Positions 21,561 through 34,500 of a stretch of 64,000 nucleotides of DNA are shown in pieces (position 1 is the first letter of the stretch; the number at the start of each line of letters is the position of its first letter). The stretch spans positions 81,760 to 145,759 of the forward strand of contig NW_008246145.1 of assembly GCF_000281045.1 (NCBI RefSeq). The letters run 5' to 3'. Below the pieces are notes generated by a model. That model ran no database searches and was not told the DNA's origin. It saw nothing but the letters and a program-made list of their open reading frames with translations. The translations under genes and the position numbers were made by a program. The DNA is from Saprolegnia diclina VS20. Taxonomy: Eukaryota.

Positions 21561-23488
21561 ATTGTATCACTTGGTATTTGTAAAGAATTATTTTAAAACC
21601 GAAAGGAGCTCAATAAAAATACAAAAAAGTTGTGCGTCGTGGAAAACAGCACCCACCGAGTTGAAGTGGCAAGGTGCCGAGATCGACTAACTAAACGACT
21701 AAAACCCGATCCTCGGCCGCTCAACCGCACAAAGTCTCGTATCAGAAACACCAAGAGCAAGAAACGAAACCTCGTACCAGCAAATCAACCTTGGACGTGT
21801 GCTCACCAATAACTAGGGCAAGCAAGTCGCTGCCAGAGATGCCACCACTACGACAACCCTAGTACCAGCTCCCGTCGTCATATTCGTCATCGCCTACAGT
21901 CGCACACTGCATCATCGAGGTGCGCGTAGCGTGCTGGCGCCCTCAAGAGCATAAACACTAGTAGTGGTCCCAGGTATTTGATCTCGATCCAGTGGCAACC
22001 GAGACCCCGTGCACGGGTGACATTGGATCTGACTAAGCGTACTAGGATCTTATCGCCACTCGCCACCAAGAACGCATGTTATTGAGTGCGTTGGCCCGAC
22101 ACCACGTCAGCCGGTCGTCCAGAGGGCAGCACACAAGGGATAACACCCCGTCGCGGAACTGAAAACGTCGACCAAGATCCTTTTTTCCACAAACCGACCA
22201 AGCTGATACTAGGGATAGGGTCCGGTTTATAATCGTGTTGACATGGGCGACCGAGAGAGAACCATGGCAAGTACTACGGCGCCTTTGACGTTGCCAAATG
22301 GGTCTTTATATGAAGGTTGCGGAGCGTGTCGGTTGAAAGCGGCGTTGATGTAGCTGTCGGTGTTGCTGTCGGCGTCGGTGTTGCTGTCGGTGGTGGTGGT
22401 GGTGCTTCGTTGAGTGTGGGCCTTGAATGCCTCGAGCGGCTGGCGGAGCGTACGTGGGCGCAGTGGCGGCACCGCGGTCGACAGCGCGGTCTCGAGATGG
22501 CATATTGAAGCGAGCGACGTAGCTGGCCAAAGAGTGCTGGCGTCTGCACCGCACTGTTCTTGATTATGTTGAAGGGCACGGCTGCACGAAGGAGGCTCTT
22601 GTTCCAACGAAAGAGGACGAGACGCGTCTAAACCATACGAGGTCTCTGTGCAAGCTGTCGCCGTTGAGCCGAGAGTCGTGGAAGTAGCCTGTTGCAGCGA
22701 CGACTGCTTGGGCCATCGTCTTGTGCCCACATGGTTCCTTCGCCGCCAAATTGCAGTAGCATGTCCAACGAGGTGATGAGAAAATACTCCGCCAGGACGT
22801 CGTGTCATCCTGCGCAACACGACACTTGGGCTCTAGCGCAGAAGACGCTCAAGTTTGCATGTACCATTGCCTCGTGACCCGATGTGCAGTACGATGGCTT
22901 TGTAGTGTCTTAGCGCTATGCGATGTGAGAGCGGACAGTCCACCGGCTGCTGGCAGAACGAGAAGAACACACTTGGCTACTTGAATGCAGAGCCGGCCAC
23001 CAGTCACTTCGCCATGGTGGCGGCGTCGTGATCTGCAGGCTTATCGCACAGAAGACATTGCGATGTCGTCCTGGAAGAAGACTGCTGCTTGCCTCTTGTC
23101 GTCCTTTCTCCTCTCCATGTCATTGGCAAGAGCAATCGCTGTCGGGAAAATGACCAATCACGTGCGTCACGCGGACGAAATATAGCCAATCATTGCCGTG
23201 CACTCGAATCGCGCCGGGCCTCGCCACGACGCAGCGACGTCGTGGGGCTCAAGACGACGTGGACCAAGCGCATGCAAGAACCGTCCTCGCAGCAAGCGGG
23301 CGCGGGGCACCGGGCGGCGGCCGCTCGCCGGCCATGCCAACATTGAATCTTTGGCCAGGCAGCCAATCAAGAGCGCGGAGGGTGTGCATTTTGACCAATG
23401 AGCGCGCGATCCTCGAAGACCGTAGTTTTTATTGCCGTTTCCCATTTGGCTCGACACCAAGCAGGCGACGACGACGACGACAAGACGC

Positions 23489-26019
23489 ATGGCCTACAAC
23501 CCCACGTACCGTCCTGCATGAGGCGTCGACCTCTTCCTCCCCGCGCATGGACCCAACTGCTCCTCTGCGTAGTGGATCGCGCTTCGGGGCCTACGCCCAA
23601 GGTACGCCCGCGATGAGTGGCACCGAGCGACCGCGTCCGTAGACCCGCGGTACCCGCCACTCCAGCCCTCGACAGCCATGGCCGACCGGTACGTCGCTAC
23701 GCATGGCCGCGCGCCAGTGCAAATCATGCGTCGTCTAGGTCCGTGACGACGTCGCCGCCGCAAGCCGCCGCAGGTACACCTCGTATATGCTCATCCATGC
23801 AAGTGCCCATGAGTCATCGACACAGGCAACGCTTCGCAATGGACGTCGCCACCTCCAGGTAGACGCGACGATCTACTTGTATACGTTGAACCTCGCGCAT
23901 GTAGTCGCCCGCCCGAGCCCGAAGACGTCGCCGCTCGTCAATAGCGAACTCACATCGACGGCCGCGCCATTCGTGCCCAAGCAGCATGCGGCGCCCGAGC
24001 CCATGGTGCAGGTTTGCGCGACGACCTTTCCTTAGCATGCAACGTCCTCGTCCGTGTAGGTTACGCGGGGCGGCTGCATCTTTTACGTCCCCGAGTCCGA
24101 AGCGAAAGCGACGCCGACGAACGCAGTCTTGCGCCACGGACCCGGCGCGCAGCTCCACGTCGATATCCAGCCACCATACGCTGCGTCGGCCTCGGTCATT
24201 CCTTCGTCGTACGCTCTCATCGACCATTCGTCCTGTGCGTCATCCGCCGTCGTAGGCCGATTGTGACTACGCGCCGGTCGCTGGCGTCCATGGCGCTGGC
24301 GCCAACGGTCCGGCGTCAGCTCGACGCCGAGCACGAAGACATGCTGCGGCAGGTGCATCCGTCCGACGAGCGGTACAAGGAGATCCCGTCGCAGTTCCAC
24401 TGTATGTGGCCGCTGGACGTCCAGGACGACGCGCTGCATCGTAACGTCGCGGGCAGCTTTGGGTATCCCTCGCACTGCTACAAGGTAGTCCTTGTCTCCC
24501 ACATTTTGTATAGTCGTTTTGAACTAAACCACAACCTAGGTGATTAGCGAGACGGACGGACGCACGTATGCACTGCGCCGCGTCGAGAACGTGCGTACGA
24601 CACCAGGAATCACACAGCAAGCTGTCGACAAGTGGAAGAAGGTGGTTCACGCCAACGTCGTGCCGCTCCATCGCGCGTTCGTGTCCCACGGCGGTATACC
24701 GATACATTGATACATTCGAAAACGAGGCGATGTCGATGGTAGCGCTCTTCTTTCTCTCCGAGTACTACCCGACCGCCACGTCACTGCATGCCAAGTACTT
24801 TGGGAGCCAAGCGTCGTCAGTCGCGTCCGAGGCTTTTCTGTGGAGTCTCTTGACCCAAGTCACGGGGGCACTCCGGGCCATCCACCGCCACGACATGGCC
24901 TGCCAAGCCATTGCACTCCGACGCCTCCTTGTCACGGGTAGGCCTACGTCGTCATGTGCGTGGGCGAAGCGCGTTGTAGGACACAACCGCGTGCGCATCA
25001 GTGGCACCGGTGTCCTCGACGTTCTCGAGTATGACACGTCCAAATCCAAGCGTGTCGAAGCGCTACAGGTACACACCCTTCTCTTGACCGATCGATGCGA
25101 CGGATGGACGGCGTAGCAAGACGACTTGGTCAACCTCGGCAAGGTCGTGCTCAGCCTTGGTGTCCGACAAGAGATGTCGGCGACGTCCAACGGTACGAAG
25201 GTTGCGGGATCTACGATCTGATGGGGCGCTAGTCTCGGACCTTCTCGCACAGTTTGCGACCACCTTCTCGGACGAGCTCACGGCCGTCGTCCGTGGTCTC
25301 ACGCTCCAAAGCACCACCTCGGTACGAATCGGTGGCTGTTGCCCTATGTTTCACACAGAATGCTAGGCGAATGACCTCGCACTGATGCTCTTTGATCGCA
25401 CCCAGGCCGAGCTCGACACGCAGTACAGGTATGCGCATCTGGTACTTGTAATGTGGTCAAGCTGGCGAATGTAGTCTGGCCGATGAGCTGGAAGCGCAGT
25501 TGTCGTCCGAGTACCAGAACGGCCGCATGCTGCTGTTGATGCTCAAGCTCGGTCTGATCAACGAGCGCCCGGATGTACGACTTGCGTCACGCGCGCCGAG
25601 GCTCATCATGCTGCCATAGTTCAACTTGGACAGCTCGTGGGCCGAGACGGGGGACCGCTACCTCCTCAAGCTCTTCCGCGACTATGTCTTCCACCAGGTA
25701 CGACAGAAAAAACCTTGTCGGTGCTGAGCTGTCGTAGGTCGACGAAGAGAACCGACCGGTGCTCGACTTTGGTCACATTGTCGACGCTCTCAACAAGCTC
25801 GACGGCGCGTCGGCCGAGAAGATTCTCCTCTCGTCCCGGGACGGCCAGTCGGTCCTTGTCGCGTCGTACGCAGAAGTCCACAAGTGCGTCAAGCAGGCCT
25901 TTAGCGAGCTGGTGGCCGCGGCCCAGCGCCAGCGCCCGTCGACAACGCCGCTCGCCAAGCCCGCACCGTACGGCGGTCGCAGTACCAACGGCCGTGGGCG
26001 CGGGCGTGGCCGGGGCTGA
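23489..26019 (+). CDS. PAN3: PAN2-PAN3 deadenylase subunit PAN3 (PAM2 motif, pseudokinase, C-terminal knob), multi-exon
   Basis: PAM2-like [24 protein letters not shown] and [60 protein letters not shown]...[14 protein letters not shown]. Confidence 0.93.
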
Positions 26020-26207
26020 TGCGTCTCCACTTGTAGTAGTCTCTTCATTCTTTCCTCGCTGACGACCTTATAAAAAACGCAATACCTCCGTCGTCTTGGG
26101 TCGCAAGGTGGTGGCAGAGCTTCGGGCCAGGTACGCAGGGGATAAGAAGGGTGCAGATCGACACGTATTGGATGTAGCGGTCGTTAGTGGTACACGCAAC
26201 AACCCAT

Positions 26208-27015
26208 CTAGATGACGCTGGCTTCGTTCTTGAGCTTCTCGACAAGCGTATCGACGTCCGGAACGAGGATGCCGGCCTTGCGCGTCGCCGGGTTCTCAAC
26301 CTTGACGGTCGTGATGCGGGGCGTGACGTCGACGCCGAGGTCCGCGATCGACTTGGTCGCGATCGGCTTCTTCTTGGCCTTCATGATGTTGGGGAGCGTC
26401 GCGTAGCGGGGCTGGTTGAGGCGCAAATCGGCCGTGAGCACGGCGGGGAGCGGGCACTCGAGCGTCTCGACGCCCGCGTCCGTTTCGCGCGTGACCGTGG
26501 CCTTCTTGTCGGCGATCGTGAGCTTGCTCGCAAACGTGGCCTGCGGGTAGTTGAGGAGGCCGGCGAGGAAGCCACCGGTCTGGCACGCATCCGAGTCAAT
26601 GCTCTGCTTGCCGAGGACGACGATTTCGGGCTTTTCTTCCTCGACAATCTTGGCGAGGAGCTTGGCGACCGCGAGCGGCTGGAGGTCCTGGTCGAGGCGC
26701 ATGTCGGTCTCAATGTGGATGCCACGGTCGCAGCCCATGGCCAAGGCCGTGCGGAGCGTCTCCTGCGCCTGCTTGGGCCCGATCGAGACCGCGATGACCT
26801 CGGTCGCGAGCTTCTGCTCCTTGAGGCGGATGCTCTCTTCGACCGCGATTTCGCAGAACGGGTTCATGCTCATCTTGACGTTGTTGAGGTCGACGCCGGT
26901 GGGCGTCACGCGGACCTTGACGGCGTAGTCGACGACGCGCTTGACAGCAACCAGGACCTAGGCCATCATGGTCAGGCGAAGCTCGGCGAAGTCAGCAGGC
27001 GCTTCCTACCTTCAT
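26208..27015 (-). CDS. ETFB: Electron transfer flavoprotein beta subunit, 2 exons
   Basis: Exon 1 (27015-27010, MK), a 52-nt intron, then exon 2 from 26957: [17 protein letters not shown]...[11 protein letters not shown]...GKQSIDSD...[22 protein letters not shown]. Confidence 0.96.
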
Positions 27016-29684
27016 GGCAAATGTGGATTTTGCTGTTTCGTATACGAGCCACAAGTGGAGGCTCGATTAAGTCCGCACGTGGCACACGCCATTGCGCTGC
27101 GTGAAAGACTTAGTCGGATGCGCATTTTACAGAACCGCACTTGAGTGGAGACGTGCGGTGACTGTTGACGCAGCATAGAGCATACACTGCATGGGCAATG
27201 CACTGGATCCTGGCAGCATCTTTGCCAGGACATTCTTGCATGCAGAGAAGCTTTGAAAGTGCTCGCACCGCGCTGCCATGGAGCGCCCCGGAAGAACCCG
27301 CTTTTCGGAACGAGTCCAGTCGAGACCACTGTGCGAAGGCAGGATGCAACGGCGTGGCGAGTAGAGGTATAGCCCTGAGTGAGAAGCTTCGAGTTCTTCT
27401 TTAGAAACAGCGTCATAGGAGCCGCCGTTGGCGGCCGCTGGACGCGACGAAGCCATGCGAGGGACTGTCGGTAGGTCGTGGATGCTGACGAAGGAGTGGT
27501 GTCGTCACCACCCCCGCGTCGCATTTGATTGGTGGCTCTAGTTCAAGTTGCCGTTTGATTGGATCTCTCAAACATCGCGCCTTTCATTGGCCAGAGGCTT
27601 GACACGCATCCGGATATAACCGGACGAAGTGTCCGGATATAGGTAACCGGATGCATGATGTGGCGTGAGAGCTGGGCGTGGGCGACGAGTGGGCCCTTGC
27701 CGTCTTTAGCTTGGGCTATCGCAGCGCATAAGTCTTGAATCCAGCGTATAAGTGTTCTCTAGTCTTATTGGAGCGCGTACTAGTCGAGTATACAAGTGTA
27801 GCACGTGAACACCACTGCGGTGATTGTGCCACGGCGCCTCGCGGCGATTGCCGAAATTACATGTCGCGCACCGCGACGGCGCGCCTGCTGCGGCATTCGT
27901 CCTTGGCGCCTTCGGCATATATTTGAAAGATGCCGAAAATATCAAAGATACGCGATCGCGTGCTCGTGGCCGCGTCGCCTTGGTTCACGCGCTCCAGCCT
28001 CCACCAAATGCTGCAAACGGCCTCAAACAATGCAGATGAGTGTGCGACGCCTTATCAACAAACTTTTCTACGCTAGGAGAACGCTTGGACGAGATGAGCG
28101 TCCCGCAACTATCGCCTTGAGGTCCCGCGAAGCGACCTCTCTCAGTCGTCGTATGTAGTGTGTTGTACTAGTACATGGCTTGGAGCCATAGCTGGGCACC
28201 ATAAAACGAGAGAACGGTCGTTCAGGGAATCAGCGCGCCGGCTGTTGTCGTTGGTCGGAACATGCGCACACAAGCCTTCGTTATGCTGTTCGAACGCGCC
28301 AACGAACCAACGAACCGCCGCAAAAAGGGTGGCAGTTCAGTGGTCGGCGCGCCGTCTGTTGTGAGTTGCTCTGGGCTTCTGGCCCACGGATCGATCCCTG
28401 CACGCCCCCGTTTTGGGTCATCCAAAACCGCTGGACCAAGTCCGCGGACGAGCCTCCACACTCCACACGGGGCAGCCGGGCGTCGGAGCGGGGGGGGCAG
28501 GGGGCGACGAAGACCCCACCCCAGATGTACGGATGCCGGGCGGCGTCGAAAAGCCAATCGCAGCGCAGCGCGATCGATCCCATATACCTGATTCGAGTGA
28601 TGATGTGACCCGCTATGGAAGGCTTGCGACGCCCGCGGCCGCGACATTGTGTGCAGCGTGACCAATCAGCGGTAAGACCACGTTGTCATGGACGATATTC
28701 GCGCAGATGCGTGGACCGTCACGTCGTTGCTCGTCGTCGGCAAGTATCTCGGCCGCATACACGCCATTCCTACACTAGACCAACGGGTGACGTGACCGAA
28801 ACTCGACCAGACCAGCAAACCTACGCAACACAGTCAGCCATGCTGCACGCAGCCGTCGTAGATACACGATACCTGTCGACTCGAACGTACCAGGACCGTA
28901 CGAGGGACCGAGATCACGTATCATTGGTGGCCGCCTCTATACTAGGACGTAGTCACAGCGCCAGGAGGAGACGACTGCGCGCGCTTTGGCTCAGTACGAC
29001 CCAGAACCAAGCAGCACTACGTACAGCTACGCTTCAAACCCAGTGCGCCAAGCCTCTCGGTCGCGGCAGAAGACGACGTCGGGTTGGCCTCCTGGGACGC
29101 CAGGTGTGCACCACTGGTGCTGCGAGTATGGCTCTAAGGAGGCCACGTGTGCATGGGAAGGGTCGCAACCACAGTGACTTCGCACTCTAGCGGGTCGATA
29201 CTCGAAACAAGAGCAGCGCCTACTGACTGCAAAGGCACTCTCAATGGTGGACAATGGTTCTCACACTAAATACCTCGACGATTCTCATGCCGGGGCCAAC
29301 GCCATACAATTCCCAAGTCCAAAAAGCAGCGATTCATCATATCGTCATTTGTATACGAGTAAGACTAATTCTCGGCTTCGATGGTCGCCGTCGTCGGTTC
29401 AGCGCCCGTGCGCGTAGCATCAATGCCGACGACGCGACCAATCATTGCGACATGGCGTCATCGAGCCGCCTCAAGTCGCATAAGTCGCGCTTGGACCATC
29501 CCAGGCTCAACTCGGATCCTTCGTAAAGCACCCTTTTCCAAGGCGCACGCACCTGCACGCGCGTTCGATACCGAGTCGTGTGGGACGACGCCACAGAAAC
29601 ACGGGCGGGCGGGACTGGGCGAACCAGCATTAGGGTTGGTGGATATTAATTTTATTAATTTTCGTATATTTCCGTAGTTTTGAA

Positions 29685-30170
29685 ATGCAGCCCCAGCGCC
29701 CACGTCGCGTGTCCGCCGAGTGGATACCGTACGACGCAAGCGACGAGCAGGGCCCACCGTCGGGCATACAAGCGCAAGGTATCGCGGGCATGGCCCGCGA
29801 CGGCGCGACGGGCGAGCCGACGCCGTGGCTGCGCGCGTTCATCGAAGAGGACGAGCACTCGCGGCTCGAAATTAAAAAAGAGCGGCACCGCCGCGACAGC
29901 TCACGGTACCGCGAGCGCAAGATCGTCGAGCTCGAAGCGCTTCGGCAAGAGGTGTCCGAGCTCGAAGAGAAGGTCGACTCGCTACAGGAAGCGCGCCAAG
30001 CGCTGCGGGCGACCAACACGGGCCAGTACAAGGCGCGCGCGACGCAGGAAAAACTGCAGCTCGGCAAAGCCACCGACGAGCGCGCAGTGCTCGGCCATAC
30101 GATCGAGCAGCAGAAGAACCTCATCGACTACTACACCAAGCGGCTCGCCGAGACCGCGGGTGACGCATGA
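29685..30170 (+). CDS. bZIP-like transcription factor (atypical His in the basic region), 161 aa
   Basis: KKERHRRDSSRYRERK followed by x9-L-x6-L-x6-L-x6-L spacing from the conserved Arg, then a second coiled coil. Confidence 0.8.
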   Translation: MQPQRPRRVSAEWIPYDASDEQGPPSGIQAQGIAGMARDGATGEPTPWLRAFIEEDEHSRLEIKKERHRRDSSRYRERKIVELEALRQEVSELEEKVDSLQEARQALRATNTGQYKARATQEKLQLGKATDERAVLGHTIEQQKNLIDYYTKRLAETAGDA

Positions 30171-30909
30171 CCGCGTCGTATATTATTTCCATGTTTGCAC
30201 AGTATTAAAATAATTCGTGTCGCTGCTTTTTTATTAATTAAAATGCTACCGTTTCCCGACATACGACCAATCGACTGGCCATTAAGTCCGAGCTTGACAC
30301 TAATTGCTTGTCAAATGGACGTTCTTGCCACACCCCGGTCGCCCAGCTGGCCAGTCGAGCTCGCCGACGCCTCGTGGGCATGCCGACGCCACATACTCCG
30401 AGTACAGTAGACAAAGGCGGTGCATCGTCGCGCGCGGCGAACATGACCAGCTCCACCGGCAAGAATGGCGCTATTTTGAAAGCGCCACGCACGACCAAGG
30501 CGCTATGGACCCGCGCCGGAGCGGCCAATGTGGCCAATGCGAGCGACCGCCAAGTCTCACTGCTTACATTGCCCGTCCTCGTCGTTTTTCGCAGCTTCAA
30601 CAATGGCCGCGGCCCTTGTCTATGTGCTCATTCTCGTATGTGGGAAGCTCGTAGTAGTACATTGATGGCGTCGCATGCGTGCGTTGCATGGACCTCGAGA
30701 CGACCGCTGCTGCGTGTGGCTTCTGGCATCGTCGTTGGCGCATCGAGTTGGCAATCATTCTGGTGTGTCATCGGCGTGTTGATGTGAGCGCAAATGACGT
30801 GTGCACACTATTTATGGTCGGACCAGGATATCCCGTAAAGTGCGCTTGTCGCACTTGAGAGGTGTCGCCGGACTCCGAACTTAATTTTTAGAGCACCGGG
30901 CAAAACCCC

Positions 30910-31461
30910 ATGAACCTGGCCTCGCTCCTGAGCCACGACGACGACGGCCGCCAGTACGACGACGAGTCGGACGACGGCGAGGTCAGGGCCACGACGACGG
31001 CGCACCATGGCGGCCATGGCGAGGCCAACGACGAAGGCGACACGCCGTCGCCCACGACCACCGCGTCGTCGTCGTCGCCGATCGACTACTTTCGCCCGAG
31101 CGCCGCGCATACGATCGACGAGAAGAAGAACCGCCATCGCCTCAGCAACATGCGCCACCGCAAGCGCAAGAACATGGAAATCGACGGCTTGCGGCGGCGC
31201 GCGCGCGACCTCGAGGTCAAGCGCGACCAGCTCCAAGCGGCGTCGACGTCGATTGCGGCGTCGGAAGGGCCATGGGAAGAGCTCTGCGAGATTGAGCGCG
31301 GCAAGCTCGCGCTCGCCCGCGAAGAGCAAACCGTGCTCTCACGCTCGGTCGCGCGCCATGAAGTGATCATTCAAAAATTCTACACCAACAAATACCCGGG
31401 CCAAGGCGACGATGGCGAGCAGCAGCAGCAGCAGCACGAAGATGACGAAGAAGAAGAGTAG
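30910..31461 (+). CDS. bZIP-like transcription factor (atypical His in the basic region), 183 aa, tandem paralog of 29685-30170
   Basis: KKNRHRLSNMRHRKRK followed by x9-L-x6-L-x6-L-x6-I, then a second coiled coil GPWEELCEIER. N-terminal MNLASLLS; polyQ/acidic tail. Confidence 0.8.
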   Translation: MNLASLLSHDDDGRQYDDESDDGEVRATTTAHHGGHGEANDEGDTPSPTTTASSSSPIDYFRPSAAHTIDEKKNRHRLSNMRHRKRKNMEIDGLRRRARDLEVKRDQLQAASTSIAASEGPWEELCEIERGKLALAREEQTVLSRSVARHEVIIQKFYTNKYPGQGDDGEQQQQQHEDDEEEE

Positions 31462-31530
31462 GGGAGGACCGCGTCTGCTATTTATTCTGTAGACGAAAGA
31501 TTAAGAGGTTGCCTACATGTATGTACTTGC

Positions 31531-34500
31531 ATGGATTGGACGACTACTCTCAAATGGACGCAAAAGGCGAGTCGAGAGGCGAAGCGACTCGAGCCTTCGA
31601 CTAGTGCGGCGCCGACTAGGACTACCGACCGAGGTACGTATACTGAGCTAGTACCGCGAGAGGCTCGAGGCCGACGACAAGCGGTGGCCCTTGAAGGTGG
31701 CCAACTGACGTAAACGCGGTCCCGTCATCATCGAAGCCTCACGCAATCGCGTACCAACTGGCGACCTTGGAAAATGCCGACTTTGAGGTTCGAAAAAGAT
31801 CGGATCACATCAACAAGTTGTCGAGCACCCAAGTGCGACCTTGCTCGATACAGCAATGCGCGCACTGCGCTCGCATCGACAAGGGGTTGGTCGCCACGCG
31901 CCTCGAGAGGCCGCGCGAGTAATGAATGACGCACCCATGGATACGAGGATGGGCAGGTGAGCACGTAAGCAGTGGCGCTTGCGCCAAGGACCAAGCTATC
32001 GGAAACAGCTTGCTACACCGCGTGACTCGCACGCAAAACGCTCGCGCGCTGGACCACGAGCGGCGTAATGAGCCCCGAGCCACAGCATACCAAGCATCGC
32101 TTGACGAGCAACGACGCATCGGGATGACTCAGGAGCTTGCGACGCGGTTGAGCATCGATACCATAAACACTCGTCAACGACCTGCGGGTGTTTGTGTGAT
32201 CCTACATCGTGGCACGCGGAGCGCCTCGTTGAAGTTGCTGTTGCGGTCTGCCAGCACATGAGCTTGGCGCGATGCCACGGGGCTGAGGGAGCAGCGTCGT
32301 CGACTGCCATGAGCGGTGGTCGCTATGGACACGATCCGGACGTCGCGTCTGCCGCGACTCGCATGAGTACTCTGCTTGATCAAACGAACGAGAGCCGCAT
32401 GACGGACGCACCGTTGCTGGTGTCACTGTCAGGCCGACGCAGGCTACCGTGTTGGTGCCATCCTACACCTAGGTTGCATAGCCCGAGTTGTCGAGTGGGG
32501 GGTTAGCGATCGAAAATGGCAGCGCCAGTCCACTACCCATACTATCGGCATGATGGTTGCTGGCTTTTCGCTCCAATCACTCCTAGGGCTTTCGACATCT
32601 TTTCCGTCATTTGAAGTTTCATGAAGGATTCCTCAACTGTCGTAACCCTTGGACCCACCGACCGACTTGCGTAGCGATCGTCGCGCATGACAAGCGAAAC
32701 GGCGTTGCAAAAATCACGTGTTCCAAAACGCGCGTCCTCGGTGGCCACGCTCCAAAGCCTCGATTCGAACACGGATATGATAGCGCGCAAGTACGATGCG
32801 ATCGCGCCCGAGATTCGGCAGTACCTGCGCGCGACGCTCACGCCTCTGATCTCCATATTTGCCCACGCGATGCACATGCGCCGCCTCCGCGCCTTTCTTT
32901 GCTGGCGCATGCATACGACCAAAGCCGCCGTGTGCGCTGCTCAGACACTCGTCGTCGATCGCCTTCGGTACGTTCGTCTGTCCTATCAACATCCACGTCA
33001 CGTCGCATGGCAGCCTCGTCGCGCGCGGGCTTGTTCGCGCGCGCCAGGCCGAGCAAATCACCGCGCGCCTCTCTCGCGTCCTCATACGGTCGAGGATGAA
33101 GCAGCTTTTGCATGGCTTTTTGCACTGGAAGGTCGTCGTGACGCAGTATGCTCAGATCGCGTCATATGCGCCCGAGTACATGCACTGGATCGCGCAGCAC
33201 CCGAGTACGTTCGGACGTGATTGTGGACAACGATGGAGGCTTCGTGCTTGTAGCGCACTTGCCGTTGCTCCAAGTGCGTGATGCGCTACTTCAGTGCAAG
33301 GCGACGCTGCTACTCCGTGGTAGCTAAAATGCCGAGGGATTCCTAGGAGGTCGATAACCCTTGGATGTCATTGTAGCGGTCGCTCGGTGTCGCCCGTGCC
33401 GCCACGCGTGGCACATATGGAAGCGAGTACATGCTCTTTCTCATGTTTCGGTTCTACACCACAGACTAGGTAACTTGGAGCTGGCCCGTAATGGCGCAGT
33501 GTCTCCAGCGCCTCCATCTCGCGTTCCTCTTGCACGTACGTTTGTTCAGAGGATCGAGCGACTCGACGGAATAGCGTAGCGATGGCGGACGTATGCGCAG
33601 GCAAAACACACGTGGCAGCTTGTCACAAGCACGACGTGTGCGCGGCTGCGCGTACGCAGTGCTCTTTGAAACGGATATGACGTGGCGCTCTGTAGACGCA
33701 CCGCGTGCGCGTCGCTGTCCAGCGCTGGCGCTACGAGACCGCAGACCGTCAGCACGCGCGTACACTGCGCGTCGTCACACGTCTCGGTAGAGGACTGCAC
33801 TCTCTATTGGCATGTTGCAACCATAGACAATATAGCGCACAAGCGGGTTGTGATGTCGCAGGTCTTTGCGCGGGTATGCCCGATGTGTGGTAGCGGTGTA
33901 AGGACTTGGGTGTGTCGTAGTGGCAGGCGACCGGTGGTCGTTGGCACCACGAGCGAGCGCGGGTGCGGACCCTTGTATCGTACCTGCACCGCGCACGGCA
34001 GTCGAAACTCGAAGTGGCATGGACTCGCTGGTCGACCGCGCTGTGGAGGCGCCAGGTACACGTGCAAGACTGGATCATATCGTACCTTGCACCGCTCTAG
34101 CGCATTGAGCAGCGACTGCAGCGCATTCTCCGTCGGCGAGCGCATCGCTACCTCGACCGAGCAGTTCTCGCTCTGCGCCTTCATGTACTGCACGACACGT
34201 CGACTGCAGAACGTTCTCGAGCTTACTTTTGCATCGTAGAGTATCACGCAACTGCACTGCATCGAGGCACGGCACTCGCAGCAGCAGTGGCGCTCTGGCA
34301 CGACCGCGGCGATGTGTCTTCGGTACACAATCATGCCTCGACAGCTGCTAATATCGACGCCTAGTTTGTGGCGCCAGCGTCAGCGCCACCGCTTGATTCG
34401 CGGCTTTATCACGTGGCAGCACCACAATGCACTCGCGCGTCACGCCGAGTTGTCGATGCGACGCCAACGCCTTCGCGCGCACTGGCGACGATGGCAAGCG

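Noticed and set aside
21600..23150. ORF fragments including a PTATPT-like repeat (22274-22579)
   Set aside because: No domain or consistent splice model; may be a decayed gene or element but cannot be supported.
28607..29196. 9-bp inverted repeat GACCCGCTA/TAGCGGGTC as a possible MITE TIR
   Set aside because: Too short, no target-site duplication seen, and expected by chance.
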